Positions 1-9,625 of a stretch of 64,000 nucleotides of DNA are shown piece by piece (the stretch's first letter is position 1; each line of letters starts with the position of its first letter). The notes under the pieces are model-generated. The model searched no databases. It saw nothing but the letters and a program-made list of their open reading frames with translations, and was not told the DNA's origin. The stretch is from Phaeobacter sp. QD34_24 (GTDB lineage Bacteria > Pseudomonadota > Alphaproteobacteria > Rhodobacterales > Rhodobacteraceae). Position numbers and translations under genes: made by a program. The stretch covers positions 145,880-209,879 of the forward strand of contig NZ_JARCJD010000005.1 in NCBI RefSeq assembly GCF_028890115.1, in the 5' to 3' direction.

Positions 1-388
1 CATCGGCGGCATGGCTGGGCAGCGCAAAAAGAGTCACCCCCCGGCGTACCGCTTCCTTGTCCTCGACCGCCTCCAGGCGGAATCGGACGGCGGCGGCAAT
101 CTTGTCGCGAAACCGAAGGCCCGTCAGATCCTCTGTCGCCAGCCGCTGCAGCATCACCTGATCCCCGCGCCGGTGATAGGCCAGCGCCAGATCCACGGCC
201 CCGCGTGGGCACAAGGCCCGCGCCAGGGTCGGATCAATACCGGTGTCTGCCACGGCTGCGGCAAATGTCGCCTCGGTCCAGCCATCAAAGGCCACATGCA
301 TGAGTGCCGCATCCAATAGCGCATCCATGTTCAGCGCCTCTGTGCCTTCCGTCCTGTCGGATGTCATGCCGGTTGCCTGCTCTGTCAT
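1..388 (-). CDS. COQ9-family protein (rpsU-divergently transcribed protein), 5' portion; the C-terminus lies beyond the window start
   Basis: Minus-strand ATG at 386-388 preceded by GGAGAAG. Translation MTEQATGMTSDRTEGTEALNMDALLDAALMHVAFDGWTEATFAAAVADTGIDPTLARALCPRGAVDLALAYHRRGDQ... has the conserved order of the COQ9/TIGR02396 family. It is divergent from rpsU, as in many alphaproteobacteria. The track ORF 11..319(+) is antisense to it. Confidence 0.6.
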   Translation of the reverse strand, partial: MTEQATGMTSDRTEGTEALNMDALLDAALMHVAFDGWTEATFAAAVADTGIDPTLARALCPRGAVDLALAYHRRGDQVMLQRLATEDLTGLRFRDKIAAAVRFRLEAVEDKEAVRRGVTLFALPSHAAD

Positions 389-544
389 GCTGCTTCTCCG
401 TAACGATTGAATGCAGGGGCTGCGCACCTCTGCCGGGCCAGAATGAGCCATCCAGCCCAGTACTAGACATGTTAGATCGGTTTTGCTATACGGCCACCTC
501 CTGCAAATCCTTGCAACTCAACTTAGAAAGGTGGTGAAAACCAC

Positions 545-751
545 ATGCAGGTTAGTGTTCGTGACAACAATGTCGATCAGGCGCTTCGTGCCCTGAAGAA
601 AAAGCTGCAGCGCGAAGGTGTGTTCCGCGAGATGAAGCTCAAGCAACATTTCGAGAAACCCTCCGAGAAGAAAGCGCGCGAGAAGGCTGAAGCGATTCGT
701 CGTGCCCGTAAACTGGCGCGTAAGAAAGCACAGCGCGAAGGTCTCCTCTAA
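545..751 (+). CDS. rpsU: 30S ribosomal protein S21
   Basis: 68 aa: [68 protein letters not shown], a canonical S21. Confidence 0.95.
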   Translation: MQVSVRDNNVDQALRALKKKLQREGVFREMKLKQHFEKPSEKKAREKAEAIRRARKLARKKAQREGLL

Positions 752-786
752 GATCTTCCTCCGGTTTTTTCTGGATGCTTTTGACG

Positions 787-820
787 ACCCCCGCGGCCCT
801 GCCCGGGGGTTTGTCGTTTC
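787..820 (+). terminator. Candidate rho-independent terminator after rpsU
   Basis: Stem ACCCCCG/CGGGGGT (787-793 / 804-810) followed by TTTGTCGTTT. Stem boundaries are approximate. Confidence 0.35.
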
Positions 821-1218
821 TAGAGCCTACAATTTACGACTCCATAACGATATTCACTAGGCAATCACTAAACTTATGCGTGTATCGTGCGCGGCAAGTT
901 GCTATAGTCGGCTCAAGGGCCACTGAAACCTCGGATCGTCTTGGCTCATGGTCCTTTTGCCGAAGCTGGAACAATCGGCATATCCCCGGAGGTGGTACCG
1001 CCCTCCCCCAAACTGGCGTCGGCCTTGCTTCCTGCACCCAAGGCCCGTGACCCCTCCGGGGAAATCAACACAGATGGCCTTGGCGCCGAATGGTATCGGA
1101 GCCTATGGGTCTTCAGGTATTGCCCCTGCAGATTCTCCTCTGCATCTCTGCCCCGCTTGCACCGCACAGATGAGACCCAAACCGTCATCAAATGTCATAG
1201 TCTGCGATCACCCGGCCC

Positions 1219-2385
1219 CTAGTTCACCAGCCCCCATTTCACCGGCACCTCCAGCGGCCCGCGGAACGCCCAGCCGCCAAAACGGGCCGGACCCTCCAAC
1301 GACAGGTCTGGCATTCGCTCAAACAACATCGGCAGCGCCGCTTCGGCGATCAAGGCCCGAGAGATCCAGGCCCCCGCGCAGAAATGCGGGCCTGCGCCAA
1401 ATGAAATAGCTGCGCTGATATCCTGATGCAGATCATAGCGATCCGGCCGGGCAAATACCCGCTCGTCCCGATTGCCAGAGCCGAACATTAGGAAGACGCG
1501 GTCCTCTGGCTGCAGCGCCACACCGTTGAGCACATAGGGCTGTGCCACCCGGCGCGGCGACATGCCGATAGGTGACATCCAGCGCGCGTATTCCTCGAAG
1601 GCCCGCATCCATGTGGCCCGTCCGGACCTCACATCCTGCAGTTGCTCGGGATGTTGCAGCAAGGCCCAGACCGTTCCGGCGATCGCATCGCGCGGCTCGT
1701 TCTGCCCGCCAGAGATCGCCAGCTTGATATTGGCCCTGATCTGGCTTTCCGGCAGCCCCGCCTTCTGCTGCTCCCGCAGAAGGGAAAACGCACCGGCACC
1801 GGATCCCGCCTCCCACATGGTGCTGATATGGTCGTCGATCAGGCGGGTACTGTCGTGGCAGCGCGCCTCCACCGCCGCATCGCCCGCGTAATTTGCACAG
1901 CCATCGATCATGCCCTGGCTGACCGCGTCCATCTCGTCGGCGCGCATCCGGGTCAGCCCGGTCACTGCCTTCAGCGCCTCGGCCGAAACCGGCATGGCAA
2001 AGTCGCGCACCAGATCGCAGCGCCCCCGTGGCGCCAGATCCTGCAGCACCTGCGTGGTTGCCGCGCGAAACTGCGCCAGCCAGTGCTGTTTCACCGTCTT
2101 GGGCGACACCGCCGGAAAGATCGCCTTGCGCTCGGCCATATGGTCCGCGCCGTCTTTGCGCATCATGTTCTGCCCCATCAACCGGGTCATCAGCCCCTCC
2201 GGCTGATCCGAAGAGAAGACATCAGTGCGCTTTTCCTCCCGGAAGATGTCATCACGCCGGGAGATCAACACCGCGTCAAGCTGCGGCACATAGGCCACGG
2301 GCGCCTCTACCCGCAGACGGGCCAGGTCGGGATATGGGTCCTCCCAAAACGCCTGTAGATCGATTTCATAGACCGGTCGTGCCAT
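1219..2385 (-). CDS. Cytochrome P450
   Basis: 388 aa. Heme-thiolate signature FGAGPHFCAGAWISR near the C-terminus. EXXR-like context. Divergent from a MarR gene. Confidence 0.85.
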   Translation of the reverse strand: MARPVYEIDLQAFWEDPYPDLARLRVEAPVAYVPQLDAVLISRRDDIFREEKRTDVFSSDQPEGLMTRLMGQNMMRKDGADHMAERKAIFPAVSPKTVKQHWLAQFRAATTQVLQDLAPRGRCDLVRDFAMPVSAEALKAVTGLTRMRADEMDAVSQGMIDGCANYAGDAAVEARCHDSTRLIDDHISTMWEAGSGAGAFSLLREQQKAGLPESQIRANIKLAISGGQNEPRDAIAGTVWALLQHPEQLQDVRSGRATWMRAFEEYARWMSPIGMSPRRVAQPYVLNGVALQPEDRVFLMFGSGNRDERVFARPDRYDLHQDISAAISFGAGPHFCAGAWISRALIAEAALPMLFERMPDLSLEGPARFGGWAFRGPLEVPVKWGLVN

Positions 2386-2469
2386 TGCTGCCCTCCCCCG
2401 CTGACCTCTCTGAAAGAAGACTGCGCGGCACCTGTTGTCTTGTCAACTCATCTGACATAGCCTGCGGGC

Positions 2470-2997
2470 ATGAGTGATCTGACCGACGAGATGTTCCTGT
2501 CGCTGCCCGACGGCAGCAAGGATAGCCCCGCAGCCCCGACGCTGGACTATGATCGCAGCCCGGTCGTTACCGTGACATTCGCGGGCAACCGGCTGACCCG
2601 CAATGCCACCCGCGCCTACCAGCAGGAATTCGGCATCGGGGTGATGGATTGGCGCATGCTGGTGATGCTGACCCGCGATCCCGGCTGCTCGGTCGGCCAT
2701 GCCGCGCGCGTGACGGGCATCGACAAGGCCGCCGTCAGCCGGGCGCTTCACCGCATGTCACAGGCTGGGCTGGCACGAGCCGAGGTTCTGGGCGGCGATG
2801 AACGCCGCAAGTCCTGGTTTCTGACAGAGGCTGGTCATGCGCTCCATGCCCGCATATTGCCGCGCGCGCTGGAACGGCAACGCGACCTGCTCAAAGGGTT
2901 TTCCACCGAGGATCTCAAAGCCTTCACCGGCTACCTGCAGCGGTTCCTTGAGAACATGGCGGACGAAGACACCCCTCCCCCGGATGAAAATAGCTGA
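2470..2997 (+). CDS. MarR-family transcriptional regulator
   Basis: 175 aa. The winged-helix region (WRMLVMLTRDPGCSVGHAARVTGIDKAAVSRALHRMSQAGLA) is typical of MarR. Divergent to the P450 gene. Confidence 0.8.
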   Translation: MSDLTDEMFLSLPDGSKDSPAAPTLDYDRSPVVTVTFAGNRLTRNATRAYQQEFGIGVMDWRMLVMLTRDPGCSVGHAARVTGIDKAAVSRALHRMSQAGLARAEVLGGDERRKSWFLTEAGHALHARILPRALERQRDLLKGFSTEDLKAFTGYLQRFLENMADEDTPPPDENS

Positions 2998-3007
2998 CAT
3001 CGGCGAA

Positions 3008-3098
3008 ACGCGCCCGCCGCGCGCCCGCGCGGCGCCGGGCCCAACGGAGGCGACACAGCCCATGGGCTGTGCCAGATCGGGCGGGAGCCGCCCCCTGC
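3008..3098 (+). repeat. REP-like structured intergenic repeat, copy R1
   Basis: GC hairpin ending GCGCGGCGCC, then GGGCCCAACGGAGG, then variable palindrome CACAGCCCATGGGCTGTG, then CAGATCGGGCGGGAGCCGCC. Lies between the convergent MarR and PPK2 genes. See finding 1. Confidence 0.6.
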
Positions 3099-3112
3099 CG
3101 CGTCCCAGCCGT

Positions 3113-4030
3113 TCAGTAGATCTTTGGCACGTATAGCTCGTCCGGCAGGAACCGGCGCTCATAGTCGGGATTATACTCCCGATCCGGCAGGGTCACCTTC
3201 TCCTGGGGCACATCCTCATAGGGGACCTTGGTCAAGAGGTGCTCGATACAGTTGAGCCGCTCGCGCTTCTTGTCGTTGCCCTCGACGATATACCAGGGCG
3301 CCTCGGGGATATTGGTGCGTTCCAGCATATCCTCCTTGGCCTTGGTGTACTGTTCCCAGCGGATGCGGCTTTCCAGGTCCATGGGCGACAGTTTCCACTG
3401 TTTCATCGGATCGTGGATGCGCATCATGAATCGCAGCTGCTGCTCTTCGTCGGTGATCGAGAACCAGTATTTCAGCAGGATGATCCCCGACCGCACCAGC
3501 ATACGCTCGAATTCCGGAACGTCCTGGAAGAATTGTTCGACCTGATCGTCGCTGGCAAAGCCCATGACCCGCTCCACCCCGGCGCGGTTGTACCAGGAGC
3601 GGTCAAACAGCACGATTTCACCGGCCGCGGGCAGGTGCGGCACGTAACGCTGGAAATACCACTGGCTTTGTTCACGCCGCGACGGAGCCGGCAGCGCCAC
3701 GACGCGGGCCACCCGCGGGTTCAGGCGCTGAGTGATCCGCTTGATCACGCCCCCCTTGCCGGCACTGTCACGCCCCTCGAACAGGATGCAGACCTTGGCG
3801 CCGCTGTGCTGCACCCAGTCCTGCAGCTTGATCAGCTCTGCCTGCAGGCGCAGCAGGTTGCGGAAATAGACTTTGCGGTCCAGCATCTCGGGGTGTTGCG
3901 ACCGGTAGATCTTGCGCAGCTCCATCGACAGCATGGGCTCGGCAAATTCGATCTCGAAATCCTCGTCCAGCGTGTCCTGAAGCTCGGCATCCAGCCAATC
4001 GAATGAATCAGGGGTGGTATCGCTGGTCAC
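3113..4030 (-). CDS. ppk2: Polyphosphate kinase 2 (polyphosphate:nucleotide phosphotransferase)
   Basis: 305 aa. Walker-A-like GRDSAGKGG plus the PPK2 family blocks (FDRSWYNR..., lid region). Confidence 0.9.
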   Translation of the reverse strand: MTSDTTPDSFDWLDAELQDTLDEDFEIEFAEPMLSMELRKIYRSQHPEMLDRKVYFRNLLRLQAELIKLQDWVQHSGAKVCILFEGRDSAGKGGVIKRITQRLNPRVARVVALPAPSRREQSQWYFQRYVPHLPAAGEIVLFDRSWYNRAGVERVMGFASDDQVEQFFQDVPEFERMLVRSGIILLKYWFSITDEEQQLRFMMRIHDPMKQWKLSPMDLESRIRWEQYTKAKEDMLERTNIPEAPWYIVEGNDKKRERLNCIEHLLTKVPYEDVPQEKVTLPDREYNPDYERRFLPDELYVPKIY

Positions 4031-4249
4031 GGTGGAGCTCCTTCACTCAAAATATCTCTGTTCTGGCCGCTTTAGAGCAGGGATGTGATTGTTTGATGTC
4101 AGATCTGCATCTGTTGCCGGACCGCAGGGATTTTGCCGCCACGCGGTCACGGTCCTCTCTACAAGCGGCAAATCGCCTGACCAGAAGGGAATCGAAAATC
4201 AGGACCGCCTGCAAGGGCAAAACAGCCCTTCGGCGGCCATATGCCTGTC

Positions 4250-5839
4250 TCAGCCGCGCGCCGCTGCCAAAATCATGTCTGATGCCTTTTCCGCGATCAT
4301 GATCGTCGGCGCATTGGTGTTGCCGCTGGTGATCGTCGGCATGACGCTGGCATCCACGACACGCAGGCCAGCGATGCCACGTAGACGCAGCTCGGGATCC
4401 AGAGGCGCGCTCTCCTCCGCCCCCATATGCACCGTGCAGGTGGGGTGGAAGATCGTCGTGCCGATATCCCCCGCCGCACGCACCAGATCCTGTTCATCGT
4501 CGGACACAAGGCCCGGCTTCATCTCTTCCGGCGCGTATCCCTGCATCGGCGCCTGCGCCATGATCGCCCGTGCCTGACGGATCGCGGCTACGGCCACCTG
4601 CCGGTCTCCTTCGGTCGACAGGTAGTTCGGCTGAATGCTCGGCGCCGCCAATGGGTCGGCAGAGGTGATCTCCACCCGCCCCCGACTTTCGGGACGCAGG
4701 TTGCAGACGCTGGCCGTCAGCCCCGGAAAATCATGCAGGGGCTGACCAAAGGCCTCCAGCGTCAGGGGCTGCACGTGGTATTCCAGATCCGGGGTCTCCA
4801 GATCGGGCCGCGAGCGGGAAAAGGCGCCCAGCTGGCTTGGCGCCATGGACATCGGGCCAGACCGTTTCAGCGCATATTCAAGGCCGATCTTCGCCTTGCC
4901 GACCAGGGAATTGGCCAGCGTGTTGAGAGTATGGGCCCCGCTCAGGCGCCAGGCACAGCGCAGTTGCAGGTGATCCTGCAGATTGGCGCCGACCTGCGGC
5001 ATATCCCGCAGCACCTCGATCCCGTGCGCCTGCAACAGCGCGCCGGGACCCAGGCCCGACAGTTGCAGGATCTGCGGGCTGTTGACAGCGCCTGCCGACA
5101 GGATGACCTCACCGCGGGCACGGGCAGTGCGGATCTCTTCCCCTTTTTGATACTCGACCCCGACGGCGCGCCCCTCCTCGATCAGGATGCGGCGGGTATG
5201 CGCCTGAGTTTCGACCTTCAGCCCCTGCCCGGTCGCCGTGCGCAGGAAGGCCTTGGCCGTATTCATCCGCCAGCCAGAGCGTTGATTGACCCGGAAATAG
5301 CCGACGCCCTCGTTATTGCCAGTGTTGAAATCCGTGACCTTGGGCAGCCCCCAGGCAGAGGCCGCCTCCATCCAGTCATCCAGCACGTCCCAGTGCAGAC
5401 GCTGGTTCTCGACGCGCCATTCGCCACCTGCCCCGTGCAGATCAGAGGGGCCTTCGACATAGTCCTCGGACTTCTTGAAATAGGGCAGAACATCGTCCCA
5501 GCCCCAGCCTGCAAGGCCGCGCTGCCGCCAACCGTCATAATCGGCGGCTTGCCCACGCAGGTACAGCATTCCGTTGATCGAGGAACAGCCGCCCAGCACC
5601 TTGCCCCGCGGATAGATCAAGGCGCGCCCATTCAGGCCCGGATCGGCCTCGGTGCGATACATCCAGTCGGTGCGCGGGTTGTTGATGCAGTAGAGATAGC
5701 CCATCGGGATATGGACCCAATGGTAATTGTCACGTCCCCCGGCCTCCAACAGCAGTACGCGCTGCCCGCCCTCGCTGAGCCGCTTGGCCAGGACACAGCC
5801 CGCACTCCCGGCGCCCACGATGATGTAATCAAATTCCAT
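4250..5839 (-). CDS. GMC-family FAD oxidoreductase (choline-dehydrogenase-like)
   Basis: N-terminal MEFDYIIVGAGSAGCVLAKRLSE (ADP-binding beta-alpha-beta fold), the GMC signature blocks and a C-terminal HxxGTxxMG-like region. The track ORF starts 7 codons earlier at a TTG; the ATG at MEFDY is preferred. Confidence 0.85.
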   Translation of the reverse strand: MEFDYIIVGAGSAGCVLAKRLSEGGQRVLLLEAGGRDNYHWVHIPMGYLYCINNPRTDWMYRTEADPGLNGRALIYPRGKVLGGCSSINGMLYLRGQAADYDGWRQRGLAGWGWDDVLPYFKKSEDYVEGPSDLHGAGGEWRVENQRLHWDVLDDWMEAASAWGLPKVTDFNTGNNEGVGYFRVNQRSGWRMNTAKAFLRTATGQGLKVETQAHTRRILIEEGRAVGVEYQKGEEIRTARARGEVILSAGAVNSPQILQLSGLGPGALLQAHGIEVLRDMPQVGANLQDHLQLRCAWRLSGAHTLNTLANSLVGKAKIGLEYALKRSGPMSMAPSQLGAFSRSRPDLETPDLEYHVQPLTLEAFGQPLHDFPGLTASVCNLRPESRGRVEITSADPLAAPSIQPNYLSTEGDRQVAVAAIRQARAIMAQAPMQGYAPEEMKPGLVSDDEQDLVRAAGDIGTTIFHPTCTVHMGAEESAPLDPELRLRGIAGLRVVDASVMPTITSGNTNAPTIMIAEKASDMILAAARG

Positions 5840-5987
5840 GGTCCAGCCCCCGTCGTTCAATATCCCTTCTCTTGAAGCAGATACGACTCGGAATTGTAAG
5901 ACAAATAAAAGTCTGCCGCACCCGACCAGATCACCAAGCCCTCCCGCGCCCGCAGATGCGCCGACTGCGTCGCCACCTCTTGGCGGC

Positions 5988-6076
5988 CTTGGGCGTGGCA
6001 GCGCGCAGCGCGCGCTGCCACGCCCAACGGGAGGTGGTCTTTACAAAAAAAAAGGCCGCCGACGGGCGGGAGTACC
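5988..6076 (+). repeat. REP-like structured intergenic repeat, copy R2
   Basis: Perfect 15-bp hairpin GGCGTGGCAGCGCGC-agc-GCGCGCTGCCACGCC, then CAACGGGAGG, then an A9 tract, then GGCCGCCGACGGGCGGGAGTACC. Lies between the GMC start and the lrp stop. Confidence 0.55.
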
Positions 6077-6099
6077 ACCGGGCAAGCGCGAACAGCGAT

Positions 6100-6558
6100 T
6101 CAGACAGGCAGAGCCGTGGTCTTGAACACCGTGCGCAGGGCAAAGCTGGATTGCATCTGGGCAACGCCGGGCAATCGCGTCAGATGCTGGCGATGAATGC
6201 GCGCGAAGTCATCGGTGTTCTCTGCCACCACCTTCAGAATGTAATCCGCCGTTCCCGCCATCAGGTGACATTCCAGAACATCCGGGATCCGCGCGACGGC
6301 CTTTTCAAAAGCGTCCAGCAGTTCATCCGCCTGCCCCTGCAGGGTGATCTCCACAAAGACCGTGGTCGGCACGCTCAGCTTGCGCGCATCCAGCAGGGCG
6401 ACATAATCCTTGATGTAGCCCTCTGCCTCCAGCCTCTGCACCCGGCGATGGCAGGCGGAGGCCGACAGGTTTACCCTCTCGCTGAGGTCCGCGTTCGAGA
6501 TCCGGCCCTGCCGTTGCAAGACCTGCAGAATACGACGATCCGTCGAATCAAGTGACAT
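6100..6558 (-). CDS. lrp: Lrp/AsnC-family transcriptional regulator (alanine dehydrogenase regulator type)
   Basis: 152 aa from MSLDSTDRRILQVLQRQGRISNADLSERVNLSASACHRRVQRLEAEGYI: an HTH_AsnC domain plus a RAM domain. Divergent to ald. The track ORF extends 29 codons upstream; it was trimmed to the ATG at 6558. Confidence 0.85.
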   Translation of the reverse strand: MSLDSTDRRILQVLQRQGRISNADLSERVNLSASACHRRVQRLEAEGYIKDYVALLDARKLSVPTTVFVEITLQGQADELLDAFEKAVARIPDVLECHLMAGTADYILKVVAENTDDFARIHRQHLTRLPGVAQMQSSFALRTVFKTTALPV

Positions 6559-6692
6559 ATTTGCGAAGCCCTTTGCGTTTGCTGTGCTATTAGTCGAATA
6601 TTCTTCGAACTGCATCTTTTTATTCTGCCCAATAAAGAAGCACATTGTCCCGGTATCGACATAGGCTCTTTCTGCATCAGGGAGGAAACAGC

Positions 6693-7811
6693 ATGAAAAT
6701 CGGATGCCCGACTGAAATCAAACCCCAGGAATTTCGCGTCGGCATGACACCCGATGCCGCCCATGAAGCCATTGCCCACGGTCACGAGGTGCTGATCCAG
6801 ACCGGCGCCGGTGCGGGCGCGGGCTTTAGCGACGCCGATTACGCCGCCGCCGGAGCCCAGCTGGTCGATACGGCCGAAGAGATTTTCGCCACCGCCGAGA
6901 TGATCGTGAAGGTCAAGGAACCCCAGGCGGGTGAGCGCAAGATGCTGCGCGAGGGCCAGCTTCTGTTCACCTACCTGCACCTTGCTCCCGACCCGGAGCA
7001 GACCCGCGATCTTCTGGCTTCGGGCTGCACCGCAATCGCCTATGAAACCGTCACCGACAGCCGCGGCGGCCTGCCGCTCCTGGCCCCCATGTCCGAGGTT
7101 GCGGGCCGTCTTGCGCCGCAGGTCGGCGCCTGGACCCTGCAAAAGGCCAACGGCGGGCGCGGCGTTCTGATGGGCGGCGTTCCCGGTGTTGCTCCCGCCA
7201 AGGTCGTCGTGATCGGTGGCGGCGTGGTTGGCACCCATGCAGCCCGCATTGCGGCAGGCATGGGCGGCGACGTCACGGTTCTGGACCGCTCCCTGCATCG
7301 CCTGAAATACCTGGATGACGTTTTCGGCAGCACCTTCCGCACCCAGTATTCGACAGCCGCCGCCACCGCAGAACTGGTGCGCGAGGCCGATCTGGTGGTC
7401 GGCGCGGTTCTGGTGCCGGGTGCTGCGGCACCCAAGCTGATCTCGCGGGCGCAGCTGAACGAAATGAAACCCGGCGCGGCGCTGGTTGATGTGGCGATCG
7501 ACCAGGGGGGATGTTTTGAAACCTCCAAAGCCACCACCCATGCCGATCCGATCTACGAGGTCGATGGCGTCATGCATTACTGCGTCGCCAATATGCCCGG
7601 CGCCGTCGCCCGCACTTCGACCCAGGCCCTAGGCAATGCCACGCTCCCCTTCCTGCTGGCGCTTGCCGACAAGGGCTGGAAACAGGCCTGCCAGGATGAC
7701 CCGCATCTTCTGGATGGGTTGAACGTCCACGCGGGCCAGTTGACCTACTATGCCGTCGGCAAGGCGCTGGGGATCGATGTCGTCTCTCCCGCTCTGGCGC
7801 TGAGGTCCTGA
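6693..7811 (+). CDS. ald: Alanine dehydrogenase
   Basis: [45 protein letters not shown]... with the NAD-binding motif [19 protein letters not shown] at 6681-6686. Start trimmed from the track ORF. Confidence 0.9.
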   Translation: MKIGCPTEIKPQEFRVGMTPDAAHEAIAHGHEVLIQTGAGAGAGFSDADYAAAGAQLVDTAEEIFATAEMIVKVKEPQAGERKMLREGQLLFTYLHLAPDPEQTRDLLASGCTAIAYETVTDSRGGLPLLAPMSEVAGRLAPQVGAWTLQKANGGRGVLMGGVPGVAPAKVVVIGGGVVGTHAARIAAGMGGDVTVLDRSLHRLKYLDDVFGSTFRTQYSTAAATAELVREADLVVGAVLVPGAAAPKLISRAQLNEMKPGAALVDVAIDQGGCFETSKATTHADPIYEVDGVMHYCVANMPGAVARTSTQALGNATLPFLLALADKGWKQACQDDPHLLDGLNVHAGQLTYYAVGKALGIDVVSPALALRS

Positions 7812-7842
7812 TCTCCGCGACCCCGCCAACCCGCCATGATTT

Positions 7843-7880
7843 GCGCCGCCTCCCTCCCCTTGGGGCGGCGCTTTTCATTT
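7843..7880 (+). terminator. Rho-independent terminator of ald
   Basis: GCGCCGCC-(tccctCCCCttGGGG)-GGCGGCGC followed by TTTTCATTT. Confidence 0.6.
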
Positions 7881-8055
7881 CGGGTCCAGGCCCCAATCCG
7901 CCACATGCCCATTCGGCGTTGCGTCAGGGAGTACAGAATTCCCCCTGACTTTTATGAAAATCAAATACAAGACGCGACATCTCGGAGTAGAATACAACTC
8001 CAGACCTCAATGAAATATCTTCATGGGGCAACGCGCGAAACAAGGGGCATTCGAC

Positions 8056-8493
8056 ATGCTGAAAGAATTCAAGGACTTCATTGCCAAGGGCAATGTCATG
8101 GACATGGCCGTCGGGATCATCGTTGGCGCCGCCTTCACCGCCATCGTCAAGAGCATGGTCGGGGATCTGATCAACCCGATCATCGGCCTGTTCCTGGGCG
8201 GTGTCGATTTTACCAACAGCTATCTTGTCCTTTCGGGCGAGGTGCCAACCGGTGCCAGCCTTGAGGCCGCCCGGGAGGCTGGCGCAGCCGTCTTTGCCCA
8301 TGGCGCCTTCATCATGGCCGTCATCAACTTCCTGATCATCGCTTTCGTCGTCTTCATGCTGGTGCGCTTTGTGAACAAGGCGAAAGAGGCTGCAATCCGG
8401 GCAGAGGAAGCCGCGCCTGCGGAAGAGGCCCCCGCCGGTCCGAGCGAGCTGGATGTTCTTCTGGAAATCCGCGACGCACTGAAGAAACAGTAA
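8056..8493 (+). CDS. mscL: Large-conductance mechanosensitive channel
   Basis: [46 protein letters not shown]... is canonical MscL. The ATG at 8056 is preferred over the upstream track start. Confidence 0.9.
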   Translation: MLKEFKDFIAKGNVMDMAVGIIVGAAFTAIVKSMVGDLINPIIGLFLGGVDFTNSYLVLSGEVPTGASLEAAREAGAAVFAHGAFIMAVINFLIIAFVVFMLVRFVNKAKEAAIRAEEAAPAEEAPAGPSELDVLLEIRDALKKQ

Positions 8494-8621
8494 CCGCAGG
8501 TCCGGGATCGGCTTCCGGTACCGGACAACATTTTTGCCCATGGGCCGTCAGCCTCCTGCTGGCCGCCCATGGCATAGGCACGGCTCCCTTGGCCCTGCCC
8601 TACACAGAAAGACAATGTGAC

Positions 8622-9428
8622 ATGGAAGACTTGATCGAACAGGCGGGTGCCTATTGGCCATTGGTGATCAGCTCGGCAAAGGCGCTGGTTGTTCTGGTGC
8701 TTGGCTGGATCGCCACCGGCATGATCAGCACCGCTGTGCGAAGCCGCATCAACAAGACGCCTCAGATCGATCCCACCTTGGGGAATTTCGTGGCCAGCAT
8801 CGTCCGTTGGGCGCTGCTCGCGGTGGTTCTGGTCGCCGTTCTGGGGATCTTCGGCATCGAGGCGACCAGCCTTGTCGCCATGCTGGGTGCGGCGACCCTC
8901 GCCATCGGCCTGGCGCTGCAGGGCACGCTCAGCGATCTGGCGGCAGGCTTCATGCTGATCCTGTTTCGCCCCTACAAGCTTGGCCAGTTTGTCGATATCG
9001 GCGGCACCTCGGGCACGGTGAAGGATCTGAACCTCTTCGTGACCGAACTGGCGACGGCGGACAACGTGCAGATCATCATCCCGAACGGCAAAGCCTGGGG
9101 GTCGATCATCACCAACTATTCGGCGCATGACACCCGCCGCGTGGATCTGGTGTTTGGGATCGACTACAGCGACAGTGCGGACAAGGCCAAGGGGATCATC
9201 CTGCAACAGGCGGCAGCCGATGCACGCGTGATGACAGATCCCGAACCCTGGGTGCGGGTCACCAATCTTGGCGACAGTTCGGTGGACCTGACAGCACGGA
9301 TCTGGTGCAAAGCCTCGGACTATTGGGAGCTGAAATTCGCCATGACTCAAGCGGTAAAGGAAGCCTTTGACGCCGAAGGCATCTCCATCCCCTATCCCCA
9401 CAGCGTCGAGATCAAGAAGGACGAGTAG
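8622..9428 (+). CDS. MscS-family small-conductance mechanosensitive channel
   Basis: Three TM helices, then the MscS beta-domain (VDIGGTSGTVKDLNLFVTELATADNVQIIIPNGKAWGSIITNYSAHDTRRVDLVFGIDYSD). The start could be 8589 (track) or 8622 (MEDLIEQ). Confidence 0.85.
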   Translation: MEDLIEQAGAYWPLVISSAKALVVLVLGWIATGMISTAVRSRINKTPQIDPTLGNFVASIVRWALLAVVLVAVLGIFGIEATSLVAMLGAATLAIGLALQGTLSDLAAGFMLILFRPYKLGQFVDIGGTSGTVKDLNLFVTELATADNVQIIIPNGKAWGSIITNYSAHDTRRVDLVFGIDYSDSADKAKGIILQQAAADARVMTDPEPWVRVTNLGDSSVDLTARIWCKASDYWELKFAMTQAVKEAFDAEGISIPYPHSVEIKKDE

Positions 9429-9429
9429 C

Positions 9430-9505
9430 GCTCCCGCCCGTCTTCGGGGCTGATACCCCTCATCCCGTTGGGCCCAGCGCCCCGCCATTGGCGGGGCGCT
9501 GTCGC
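9430..9505 (-). repeat. REP-like repeat, inverted copy R3'
   Basis: On the + strand it reads GCTCCCGCCCGTCTTCGGGGC...CCCGTTGGGCC + CAGCGCCCCGCCattgGCGGGGCGCTG. This is the reverse complement of the family blocks CGGGCGGGAGC / GGCCCAACGGG plus a 12-bp hairpin. It starts immediately after the mscS stop. Confidence 0.55.
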
Positions 9506-9554
9506 ATTCCACTGCATCCTTGTGGACATGGCAACCGTTCAGAAATGGCGCAAC

Positions 9555-9625
9555 CGCGCCGAGCGCCCGCGCGGCGCCCGGCCCAAGGCTGTAATCTGTC
9601 GCCAAAGGCGCAGGTTCAGGGGCGG
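9555..9625 (+). repeat. REP-like repeat, copy R3
   Basis: GCGCGGCGCCCGGCCCAAGG ... GGTTCAGGGGCGGGAGCACTCC. Forms an inverted pair with R3'. Confidence 0.5.

Noticed and set aside
775-1222. Short overlapping ORFs (91, 93, 81, 153 aa) between rpsU and the P450 gene
   Set aside because: No RBS. Mutually overlapping in several frames. Pro/Arg/Ala-rich low-complexity translations. Treated as non-coding (see the sRNA-candidate finding).
4250-5860. Upstream-extended starts in the track (for example GMC at 5860, lrp at 6645, ald at 6645, mscL at 8023, pyk at 20343, dgcN at 27255, DMT at 58045, ada at 63272)
   Set aside because: The track evidently allows TTG/GTG as initiators and reports the longest ORF. 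The extensions lack an RBS and conserved N-terminal homology, so starts were moved to the first in-frame ATG with an RBS and family-consistent N-terminus.
5821-5880. Single-base disagreements between my reading of the printed sequence and the ORF-track frames (around 5821-5875 and 54956-54985)
   Set aside because: Most likely my own misreading of homopolymer runs in the text rather than real frameshifts or pseudogenes. The track translations are continuous and protein-like across these points, so no pseudogene was called. Coordinates were taken from the track frames.
6035-6072. Apparent rho-independent terminator (GC hairpin plus an A9/T9 tract) downstream of lrp
   Set aside because: Reinterpreted as the middle and right-arm part of repeat copy R2 (the same GACGGGCGGGAG block as in other copies). 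It may still terminate transcription, but it is not an isolated terminator.
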